From: an uncultured Pseudomonadota bacterium
GTDB lineage: Bacteria > Pseudomonadota > Alphaproteobacteria > RF32 > CAG-239
DNA: 64,000 nt
Assembly (NCBI GenBank): GCA_949295915.1
Contig: CASFNB010000001.1
Span: forward strand, 37,565-101,564
Direction: 5' to 3'
Positions within the stretch are counted from its first letter, which is position 1. The number at the start of each line of letters is the position of its first letter. A program made the position numbers and the translations under genes. Positions 54,052 to 64,000 of the stretch are shown here, one piece after another. Below the pieces are notes generated by a model that saw only the letters and a list, made by a program, of their open reading frames with translations, ran no database searches and was not told the DNA's origin.

Positions 54052-56808
54052 ATGACAAAAACGGTTTGTTTGGTAGACGGCTCGGGCTATATTTTCAGAG
54101 CTTTTTACGGTATTCCCAATTTAACCGCGCCGGATGGCAAGCCGGTTAATGCCGTTTACGGTTTTACCAATATGTTTTTGCGTTTAACGCAGAATATCCC
54201 ATGTGATTATTCTTTGGTTTTGTTTGATGCCAAAAGGCAAAATTTCCGCAACGATTTTTTTCCCGAATACAAAGGCACCAGAAAAGAGATTCCCGAAGAG
54301 CTGATTCCCCAATTTCCGATAATAAGAGAAGCCGTCAAGGCTTTGAACTTGAACCAACTCGAGATGGAAGGCTATGAGGCGGATGATTTGATAGCCACTT
54401 ATGCCGACCAAGCTTTGAATAAAGGCTATGAAGTGGTGGTGGTTTCCGCCGATAAAGATTTAATGCAGCTGATTCGCCCCGGCGTTCGCTTTTATGATCC
54501 GATGAAAGATAAGTTCTTTACTCCCGAAGATGTGAAGGAAAAATTCGGTGTTTATCCCGATAAAGTAGTCGATGTTCAGGCTTTAGCCGGAGATAGCATT
54601 GATAATGTCCCCGGCGTTCCCGGAATTGGTTTGAAAACCGCGGCGCAATTGGTGAATGAGTTTGGCTCTTTGCAAGAAGTGTTAGACCGCGCCGGAGAAA
54701 TCAAGCAAAACAAAAGACGTGAAACCTTGCTTGAAAATAGAGAAAATGCGCTCATTTCTTTGCAACTCGTCACTTTGAAAAAAGATGTTCCGGTCGAAAA
54801 AGAGATAGAGGCTTATGCCTGCCATAAACCGGTGTTTGAAGAGATAGAAAAGTTTGTTGATTTATATGGATTTTTGAGCTTAAAACCACGTTTGCAACGC
54901 TGGGCAGAGGTTAGATGCAATAGTCTGCCGGATGAGGAAAATCAAGACCTGAACACTGTATTTAAAGAGGTGGAAAAGCACTATGAGTTGGTGCAAGATG
55001 AGCAAAGCTTAATGCGCTGGGCGGATATGATAAAAAACAAGGGCGCCTTTGCTTTTGATACCGAAACCACCGGCATTGACCCCACTTTTGATAAAATCGT
55101 CGGCTTTTCCATGGCGGTAGAAGAGGGCGTTGCTTGCTATGTGCCTTTGACGCATAAACCCCAAAATCGTGATTTGTTTGCTTTGGAAAGCGATGAGATT
55201 AAACAGCTTGATTTTGCCACCGTTGCCAAACATTTAGCCCCGATCATGACCGATAAGAGCATTTTGAAAATCGGGCAGAATATCAAGTTTGATATGCACT
55301 TCTTTGCTCAAGTGATTGGCGAAGATAAAGAAATTTTTCCGATTGAAGATACGGCAGTGCTGTCTTATGACTTGGATAGCTCCGAGCACGGACACGGCAT
55401 GGATGAACTGGCAGAAAAGTTTTTGTCTTATAAAACCATTCATTATGAAGATGTTTGCGGCACCGGCAAAGATAAAATCACCTTTGACTATGTGCCTTTG
55501 GACAAGGCTTTGGACTATGCCGCCGAAGATGCCGACATCACCTTGCGTTTGTATAATGTTTTGAAACCAAGATTGATAAAAGAGAAAAAAATTGCCGTTT
55601 ATGAGAACTATGACCGCCCGTTGATTGCCCTTTTGCAAAAAATGGAAAAACAAGGCGTGATGGTTGATAAACAAAAGCTTATGAGTTTAAGCCAAGAGTT
55701 TGATAAAAAATTGAAGGAATATGAGCAAGAAATTTATCAACTTGCCGGAGAAGAATTTAATATCGGCTCACCCAAGCAAATCGGCGAAATTTTGTTTGGT
55801 AAACTCGGTGCTAAGGGCAAAAAAACCGCAACCGGAGCCTGGCAAACCGGAGCCGATGTTTTGGAAAATCTGGCTGCCGAGGGCAATTTGCTTGCCGCCA
55901 AAATTTTAGATTGGCGCGGTTTCAGCAAACTCAAATCCACTTATACCGATGCTTTGATTAATTTGCTGGATAAAGACAGCCGTTTGCATACCACTTTTAA
56001 CCAAACCGTGGTCAATACCGGTCGTTTGGCATCTTCTAACCCCAATTTGCAAAATATTCCGATTAGGAGTGACGAAGGCAAAAAAATCCGAGAGTGCTTT
56101 ATTGCTAAAGAAGGCTGTAAGATAATTGCTTCCGACTATTCGCAGGTTGAGTTGCGCTTGCTCGCTTCTGTTGCCGATGTTAAGGGCTTGAAACACGCTT
56201 TTGATCAAGGCATAGATATTCACGCCGCCACGGCAGCAAAAGTTTTCGGTGTGCCTTATGATGAGGTGGATTCCAATATGCGCCGCCATGCCAAGGCGAT
56301 TAATTTCGGCATTGTTTACGGCATTTCACAATATGGTTTGGCCAAACAAATTGATGTCAGCAATGAAGAGGCTAAGAAATATATTGATGCTTATTTTGCC
56401 CAAATGCCCGAGATTAAAAAATATATGGAACAAACCACCATGTTTGCCCATCAATACGGCTATGTGATGACACCATTTGGGCGCAAATGTTCAATTATGG
56501 GCATTAATGATAAAAACAAACGCATTGTTGCCAATGCCGAAAGAGCCGCCATCAATGCGCCGATTCAAGGCGGTGCGGCAGATATCATTAAACGCGCGAT
56601 GATTGCCGTGCAAAGAGAGCTGGAAGAGGGCGGATATAAGACCAAAATGCTCTTGCAAGTGCATGATGAGTTGGTTTTTGAGGCACCGTTAGACGAGTTG
56701 GAAAAAGCCGCCGCGATGATAAAAAAGACCATGGAAGGCGTGGTGGATTTAGCCGTACCTTTTGTGGCTGAAGTCGGTATCGGCGATGACTGGACTCAAG
56801 CGCACTAG
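54052..56808 (+). CDS. polA: DNA polymerase I
   Basis: 5'-nuclease domain (LVDGSGYIFRAFY), 3'-5' exo domain (FAFDTETTG) and polymerase motifs (DYSQVELR, QVHDELV). Confidence 0.95.
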   Translation: MTKTVCLVDGSGYIFRAFYGIPNLTAPDGKPVNAVYGFTNMFLRLTQNIPCDYSLVLFDAKRQNFRNDFFPEYKGTRKEIPEELIPQFPIIREAVKALNLNQLEMEGYEADDLIATYADQALNKGYEVVVVSADKDLMQLIRPGVRFYDPMKDKFFTPEDVKEKFGVYPDKVVDVQALAGDSIDNVPGVPGIGLKTAAQLVNEFGSLQEVLDRAGEIKQNKRRETLLENRENALISLQLVTLKKDVPVEKEIEAYACHKPVFEEIEKFVDLYGFLSLKPRLQRWAEVRCNSLPDEENQDLNTVFKEVEKHYELVQDEQSLMRWADMIKNKGAFAFDTETTGIDPTFDKIVGFSMAVEEGVACYVPLTHKPQNRDLFALESDEIKQLDFATVAKHLAPIMTDKSILKIGQNIKFDMHFFAQVIGEDKEIFPIEDTAVLSYDLDSSEHGHGMDELAEKFLSYKTIHYEDVCGTGKDKITFDYVPLDKALDYAAEDADITLRLYNVLKPRLIKEKKIAVYENYDRPLIALLQKMEKQGVMVDKQKLMSLSQEFDKKLKEYEQEIYQLAGEEFNIGSPKQIGEILFGKLGAKGKKTATGAWQTGADVLENLAAEGNLLAAKILDWRGFSKLKSTYTDALINLLDKDSRLHTTFNQTVVNTGRLASSNPNLQNIPIRSDEGKKIRECFIAKEGCKIIASDYSQVELRLLASVADVKGLKHAFDQGIDIHAATAAKVFGVPYDEVDSNMRRHAKAINFGIVYGISQYGLAKQIDVSNEEAKKYIDAYFAQMPEIKKYMEQTTMFAHQYGYVMTPFGRKCSIMGINDKNKRIVANAERAAINAPIQGGAADIIKRAMIAVQRELEEGGYKTKMLLQVHDELVFEAPLDELEKAAAMIKKTMEGVVDLAVPFVAEVGIGDDWTQAH
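54952..54966 (+). repeat. Exact copy of 15-mer AACACTGTATTTAAA
   Basis: Read directly. Inside the polA interdomain linker (N-T-V-F-K). Confidence 0.9.
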
Positions 56809-56818
56809 AAACAAAAAA

Positions 56819-58360
56819 CTAGCGACCGCCTCTGCCCAAGCCTTGACGTGGTATGGGGCGAGGAGATGTTTTTGTTTGTGATGATTTACTTTTAGTAGCA
56901 TCTTTCTTGTTTTTCATAATTTGCAAAAAGCCTTTAAGTTTTTCATCTTGGATAGATTGGATAAACGCATCATTAAGCTCTGGCGCGCCAACCATTTGCA
57001 TGGCAGGTTTGGCTTCCATGCAGGCGAGCAGCAGGCGGGCTTTAAAATCGGGAGATTTAATATCGCCAAACTCAATGGCTGAGCCTTGTTTTTTAGCCAG
57101 AGCCACAATATCACGAAAACGCTGCATATTAGGAATTTTCGGGTTTCCGTCTTTGTCTTTGGCAGAAAGAGTAATGTTTGTGGCACTTTTAGCCACAATC
57201 TTGTCAACACTGCCGTTTGCGTGTTTAATTTCTGCGCGATAATCGGGCGCTTTAATATCTTCAACATATTCAGCTTTTTGCTTTTCTGCCGAAGGTTGAA
57301 AAATCTCCCGCAAAGTTTTTTTGAAACTGGAATCAACGACGGCATTCGACTCATTTTCGGTTGTGTTTTGATTATCGTTTCCTTGATGAACATATAAAGT
57401 TTGCAGAGGTTTGAACGCTTGCTTATAGTTTTCTAATATTTTTTTATAAGCCTCAAATTGTCCTAAGCTAAGCGGATTATTTGGGTTGTTTCCATCTTTT
57501 ATTTCAAGTTTCAAAGTTTCTGCTAAGGTTTTATTATAAGTTTTGATTTCATCAAAAAGCTTTTTGATTTCTTCTAAAGAAGGCTCTTGCGCCGTAATTA
57601 TACCGTCAGCTATCAAAGTTCCGTCCAAGTCGTTCATTCTTTCAGGCTTTTCGCGACGGATATAAGGGGCCATTATGGTTTTGAGTTCATCGATGGTTGC
57701 TTTGTCTGGCTTTTGCGTACAATAAATAACGACAGGGTCGTTTCTTTTATGCCAATTGTAAGGCGTGGCGGTTTTATAGTAAACATTGTGTTTTTTTGCA
57801 AAAGCATCCAAGTCATCAAAAAGTTTTTTATCCGGCAAAGCATTAACGGCAAATCTCTGTGCTAAATTTGAGGCTTTAAGTGAAGGAGGAAGTCTATATA
57901 TCCAACCACCGGAAAGATAATCACCTTGTGTTTTCATATCCGTGGTATCAAGCATTCTTTTAGCCAGTTCATCACCTTTCGGAGTTTGTCCGGCAGCGGC
58001 AAAATAAGTAACTTTACCGTCTTTATCTTTTGTGGCAGGGGTTTTACCGTCCCATAAATCGGTAGAATATTTTACAAATTTTTTTTCTTCATATATTTTT
58101 GTTCTAAGAGATTTTAGATTAAAAGGCTCATTCCAGTTTGTATTGCAATAATGTTTAAATTCAAAAGTATCGGGAGATAAATCTGGCTTTTTACCGCTTT
58201 GATTTGCTCCGGCATGAATGCTGGCAATCAGATACATTTTATCAAAAAACTTATCTTTATCATCACGAAATATATTATTGTCCGCTAAATATTTATCATA
58301 AGCTTCAAGGAGTTTTTTCTCTTCTTGAGTAAGATTTGCAAAATAGGGAATATTGGTCAT
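56819..58360 (-). CDS. Hypothetical protein (orphan, 513 aa, Lys-rich, Arg-rich C-terminal tail)
   Basis: Long ORF with no signal peptide. Central segment RFAVNALPDKK...YYKTATPYNWHKRNDPVVIYC. C-terminus TSPRPIPRQGLGRGGR. Confidence 0.5.
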   Translation of the reverse strand: MTNIPYFANLTQEEKKLLEAYDKYLADNNIFRDDKDKFFDKMYLIASIHAGANQSGKKPDLSPDTFEFKHYCNTNWNEPFNLKSLRTKIYEEKKFVKYSTDLWDGKTPATKDKDGKVTYFAAAGQTPKGDELAKRMLDTTDMKTQGDYLSGGWIYRLPPSLKASNLAQRFAVNALPDKKLFDDLDAFAKKHNVYYKTATPYNWHKRNDPVVIYCTQKPDKATIDELKTIMAPYIRREKPERMNDLDGTLIADGIITAQEPSLEEIKKLFDEIKTYNKTLAETLKLEIKDGNNPNNPLSLGQFEAYKKILENYKQAFKPLQTLYVHQGNDNQNTTENESNAVVDSSFKKTLREIFQPSAEKQKAEYVEDIKAPDYRAEIKHANGSVDKIVAKSATNITLSAKDKDGNPKIPNMQRFRDIVALAKKQGSAIEFGDIKSPDFKARLLLACMEAKPAMQMVGAPELNDAFIQSIQDEKLKGFLQIMKNKKDATKSKSSQTKTSPRPIPRQGLGRGGR

Positions 58361-58530
58361 AAAAAATCCTTCTTATATTATTTTTTTTCATTAAAAGCAT
58401 CATATCACAAAATAGATTCTCTGTCTATAATGATTTTTGTTCAAAATAAGCACAAAAACTTAAAAAATAAGCTTTTTTGCGTTGATATCTTTGCTTTTTT
58501 GTTTGGTTAATTTTAGATTTTGATATATAG

Positions 58531-61023
<2,493 letters not shown>

Positions 61024-61044
61024 TCAGCCAAGAAGCAAAAGAAG

Positions 61045-61080
61045 CCCCCGAGTTTAGAACAAACTTCGGGGGTTTGTTTT
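61045..61080. terminator. Intrinsic terminator after gyrB
   Basis: CCCCCGA...TCGGGGG hairpin followed by a T-rich tract. Confidence 0.65.
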
Positions 61081-61084
61081 GTTG

Positions 61085-61630
61085 TTAAATACTGGCAAAA
61101 AAATAAATATCGCCATAATTTTTTAAAAAATAAGAAATACTGATTAAGGCATTATGATTTGATTCAGTATTGCAATATATACTTCTTGTGTCCTTATCTT
61201 TTTGATTAAAGAGCAAATATTTTTTTTGAGTATAAGTTTTAGGAAATCCGGAAAGTTCCAACATTTCGGCAATTTGCAGAAAGACACGACGTTTTTCACG
61301 TAAAATTTCAATAACAGTATCGTTTAAGGGAATAGCTTTAGGATGAATTTTTTGCCCAAAAGCAAAAACATCTTTAGCCGTAACTTCAGAATTCATAAAT
61401 TTGACGTCATTCCAAGTCATAACCTTTGTATAGAAAATGGTTGTGCCAACAACAATACCCACCAATTCTCCCATATTACGATCAATTTTTTTTGTAATGC
61501 TGTCTTTTCCGTTTTTGCGAAAGACTAACTCTAAAGGAGACTCTTTTGAGATTTTTTCCAAATATTCACGCACCACCGCAACGGTAGGTTTGCAAGCATC
61601 AAAAATGCGAAAAATTTCTTCTTTTTCCAT
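61085..61630 (-). CDS. Hypothetical protein (orphan, 181 aa)
   Basis: Only long ORF in the gyrB-porin gap. No motif recognised. Confidence 0.4.
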   Translation of the reverse strand: MEKEEIFRIFDACKPTVAVVREYLEKISKESPLELVFRKNGKDSITKKIDRNMGELVGIVVGTTIFYTKVMTWNDVKFMNSEVTAKDVFAFGQKIHPKAIPLNDTVIEILREKRRVFLQIAEMLELSGFPKTYTQKKYLLFNQKDKDTRSIYCNTESNHNALISISYFLKNYGDIYFFASI

Positions 61631-61780
61631 AATAAATTAATTAAAAATAAAACAAAAAATTATCAAAGTGAAAAAATAATCTGTCATTTGAAGTTTTTTG
61701 TCAAGAAAAAAGACGGATTTTGGTTGACGAAGGAAAGAGCTTCGTTCTAAACTGAACAAAAAATTTTTAAGGTAAAAATA

Positions 61781-62896
61781 ATGTCAAAAAAGTTTAAGTT
61801 TGTTTTTCTTGTTCCGCTGTTGTGTAGTTCTGCGGCATTTGCCGGAGAATGGGAAACCGGCGGGCAAGGAAGCGCCACCGGGCTCTATGGTTATACCGAG
61901 CCCTCAAGTCGTTATGATGAGCAAAACAATCACAATCACGGTGCCGGCGATGCCAAATTGAGCGCCTATGCCAAATATTTGTTTGGTCCCGATTGGGAAG
62001 CAGGTATTTATGCCGACTTAATGCTTGGTGTCGACCACGAGTTGGAAGACTATAACCAAGGCAAATGGGGTGAAGAAGTTTATGGTATTGTCGATAGCTC
62101 TTATGGTCGTTTGATGCTGGGTCAAACTTGGAACGTAGCCGCCCAATTTCATACCGGCGCACCGGATGCCGGACCTTTAGGCATAGAAAACAGCGATATT
62201 GTTGACTTTATCTTCAATCCCAACTGGCAAAGAAAAGGCAGTAACGCTCGTTTTGCCACCTTGAACACCACTTATATCAATACCGACGGTGTAGCGCCCA
62301 AAATAAGTTATATCACGCCGGAATATTACGGGACAATGTTAGGTTTTACCTATGTTCCGGAAACCTACAACCGCCGCGGTTTGGTGAGTAAGTCGGCAGA
62401 CTATGAAGATAAAGGCGGCTATATTGTCAGTTTGTATAACTATATAGATTTTGATATTTTTAATTTAACCACCACGTTGGGTTATGCCGATTTTGTAGAT
62501 AATGACCAAGAATATTCGGCCAGCATGAGCTTGTCACACGGCAACTGGACCTTAGGCGGTGGCTGGCGTATGACTGAAGCCGATGATAAAAACCCGATTT
62601 CCGCCAATGCCGATATGCCGGAGTTCTTTGACGGTTATCGAGAAGGCTATGCTTGGAATGTGGGATTGGGTTATGAAATCGGACCATATAAAACCTCTTT
62701 GTCATACTTTGAATCTCATGCCAAAGAAAGCGACAATGAAGACAAAATCTTGATGTTCTCCAACCGCTATCAGGTCAACAAAAATTTGGATGTCTATCTG
62801 AGTGCTGCCAAGGTAGATTTCCGCGGCCAAAATCGTGAAGTTAGCCAAAACAATAAGGGCTATGCGGTCGTGAGCGGTTTGAGCCTGAATTTTTAG
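61781..62896 (+). CDS. Outer-membrane porin (beta-barrel)
   Basis: Signal peptide ending AAFA, alternating beta-strand pattern rich in G/Y/D/N, and a C-terminal LSLNF with terminal Phe. Confidence 0.7.
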   Translation: MSKKFKFVFLVPLLCSSAAFAGEWETGGQGSATGLYGYTEPSSRYDEQNNHNHGAGDAKLSAYAKYLFGPDWEAGIYADLMLGVDHELEDYNQGKWGEEVYGIVDSSYGRLMLGQTWNVAAQFHTGAPDAGPLGIENSDIVDFIFNPNWQRKGSNARFATLNTTYINTDGVAPKISYITPEYYGTMLGFTYVPETYNRRGLVSKSADYEDKGGYIVSLYNYIDFDIFNLTTTLGYADFVDNDQEYSASMSLSHGNWTLGGGWRMTEADDKNPISANADMPEFFDGYREGYAWNVGLGYEIGPYKTSLSYFESHAKESDNEDKILMFSNRYQVNKNLDVYLSAAKVDFRGQNREVSQNNKGYAVVSGLSLNF

Positions 62897-62905
62897 GAGA
62901 GAGAA

Positions 62906-63535
62906 ATGCCAAATATTTTGCTGTTGTCGGATAATGAAGATTTTGCTGCAGATTTAAGCGAACAAATCACGCTTTATGCGCATGGTTTTAATGTCCTGCC
63001 GCAAGATGATGAAAACAGCTTGATAGATATGATAATTTTGGATGAAAAAGCCAAAGATTTAGAAACTTTGCGCGCGCATCACCCCAACACGCCGATAATT
63101 TTGCTGCAACAAAGCGGGGATGATTCGGTTGAGAGTTCTGTTTTAAATCATGTTATTTTCAAGCCTTTGTCTTTGGAAAGTTTGTTGAACCAAATCCAAG
63201 CCGGTATCAATTTGGTAGATAATTCCGAAGCCGGATATTTGAACTTTAATCGTTATGAGTTGCACCCTTTGCAAAAAGAAATCTATAATGAGAGAAACGG
63301 TGAAACCATTAAGTTGACGGAAAAAGAAGTGGCAATCATCAAATTTCTATATAAAAACAAAGATAAAATTGTTTCTAAGAATGATTTGTTGCAAGAAGTT
63401 TGGGGTTATAGTCCCGATGTCAGCACCCATACCATAGAAACTCATATTTATCGCCTGCGCCAAAAGGTGGAACATGAAGACACTTCCGCACAACTGATTG
63501 TCACCGAAGACGGCGGATATAAATTGGTATTATAA
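62906..63535 (+). CDS. OmpR/PhoB-type winged-helix regulator with atypical receiver domain
   Basis: C-terminal Trans_reg_C (LTEKEVAIIKFLY...VWGY...TIETHIYRLRQK). In the receiver, the acceptor Asp (IILD) and KP are kept, but there is a DN in place of DD and a Q in place of the conserved T/S. Confidence 0.7.
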   Translation: MPNILLLSDNEDFAADLSEQITLYAHGFNVLPQDDENSLIDMIILDEKAKDLETLRAHHPNTPIILLQQSGDDSVESSVLNHVIFKPLSLESLLNQIQAGINLVDNSEAGYLNFNRYELHPLQKEIYNERNGETIKLTEKEVAIIKFLYKNKDKIVSKNDLLQEVWGYSPDVSTHTIETHIYRLRQKVEHEDTSAQLIVTEDGGYKLVL

Positions 63536-63547
63536 AGGAAAAAATAA

Positions 63548-63814
63548 ATGATAATGAAAAATGATGTTAAATTGTTTGAACAAAGCAAAATCCGCTCAGT
63601 TTATGATGAAGAAAAAGATATTTGGTATTTTTCTATTGTTGATGTCCTTGCCATTTTGATAGAAAAAGATTATCAAAGCGCGCGAAAATATTGGAACAAA
63701 TTGTCGGAACGCCTCAGAAATGAAGGCGCAGAGCAACTGGTGACAAATTGTCACCGGTTGAAATTGGAAGCAGCCGATGGTAAAATGCGTTTAACAGATG
63801 TTGCCACGGCATAA
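63548..63814 (+). CDS. BRO-N/DinD-like domain protein, short (88 aa)
   Basis: IRSVYDEEKDIWYFSIVDVLAIL...YWNKLSERLRNEGAEQLVTNCHRLKLEAADGKMRLTDVA matches the Bro-N pattern I recall from phage and DinD-like proteins. Confidence 0.5.
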   Translation: MIMKNDVKLFEQSKIRSVYDEEKDIWYFSIVDVLAILIEKDYQSARKYWNKLSERLRNEGAEQLVTNCHRLKLEAADGKMRLTDVATA

Positions 63815-63826
63815 ACAATCTCAAAA

Positions 63827-63860
63827 AAGGCGGAGTTTTCTCCGCCTTAATTTTATTTTT
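63827..63860. terminator. Bidirectional intrinsic terminator
   Basis: AAGGCGGA-N6-TCCGCCTT hairpin with an A-run before and a T-rich tract after. Confidence 0.65.
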
Positions 63861-64000
63861 CAGGATATAAATTCAAATTAACCTCTTCATCTAAATAATA
63901 CATATCGCCGGTCAAAGGGTCGATAATCAGGTAGCCGATTAGCCCGCCGATGAGGATATTTCCGGCATAATACCAACCGCTCACATGCCAATCAATGACG
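63853..64000 (-). CDS. C-terminal fragment of an uncharacterised membrane/lipoprotein-like protein (gene runs off the right edge)
   Basis: Own minus-strand translation: ...VIDWHVSGWYYAGNILIGGLIGYLIIDPLTGDMYYLDEEVNLNLYPEK*. The frame is open to the window edge. Confidence 0.4.
   Translation of the reverse strand, partial: VIDWHVSGWYYAGNILIGGLIGYLIIDPLTGDMYYLDEEVNLNLYPEK

Noticed and set aside
55234-55674. A 146-aa minus-strand ORF inside polA. Similar cases are the minus-strand ORFs inside gyrB (59131-59625, 59791-60135), parA (26401-26835), cca (41132-41686, plus strand) and radA.
   Set aside because: All are shadow ORFs opposite well-supported conserved genes, and none has recognisable motifs.

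Overview
The window is a visibly AT-rich alphaproteobacterial chromosome segment. Gene families and synteny support this: Tim44-like/secB/mltA/smr, a truncated HprK, a Mic60/HemY-like pair, an IalB-like protein, gpmI-envC-ctpA-yibQ-rppH, and ffs-dnaX-ybaB-recR. The content looks like a host-associated Rickettsiales/Holosporales-like lineage, but the species cannot be named from sequence alone. About 60 densely packed, mostly housekeeping CDSs are present, plus one SRP (4.5S) RNA. I saw no rRNA, tRNA, CRISPR array, transposase or integrase.

The window appears to cover the origin-proximal region. coaE-dnaQ lies on one side of a 588-bp AT-rich gap that holds DnaA boxes and CtrA-type sites. rho-mnmE-mnmG-rsmG-parA-parB lies on the other side, with two parS sites. 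This normally compact cluster is interrupted by an orphan 148-aa gene and by a MurA-like/PHP-phosphatase gene pair.

The most unusual signal is a 15-nt word, AACACTGTATTTAAA. It has five exact copies and four near copies, all in one orientation. Seven of the nine lie in the 8 kb around parS/parAB. I cannot assign it to any motif family I know.

Other points worth follow-up:
- Two A9 tracts in dnaX at the position where other bacteria make a shortened gamma subunit by slippage.
- A promoter-to-terminator bounded, strongly structured ~165-nt RNA upstream of a small XRE gene. Next to it sit a nested-palindrome repeat and a ~59% G+C island.
- An N-terminal fragment of an archaeal-type ADP-dependent sugar kinase, apparently co-transcribed with the Mic60/HemY-like genes.
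- Several orphan, possibly secreted proteins (513 aa, 495 aa, 194 aa, 181 aa).

All protein calls rest on motifs I recognise by eye in the supplied translations. No database search was possible.
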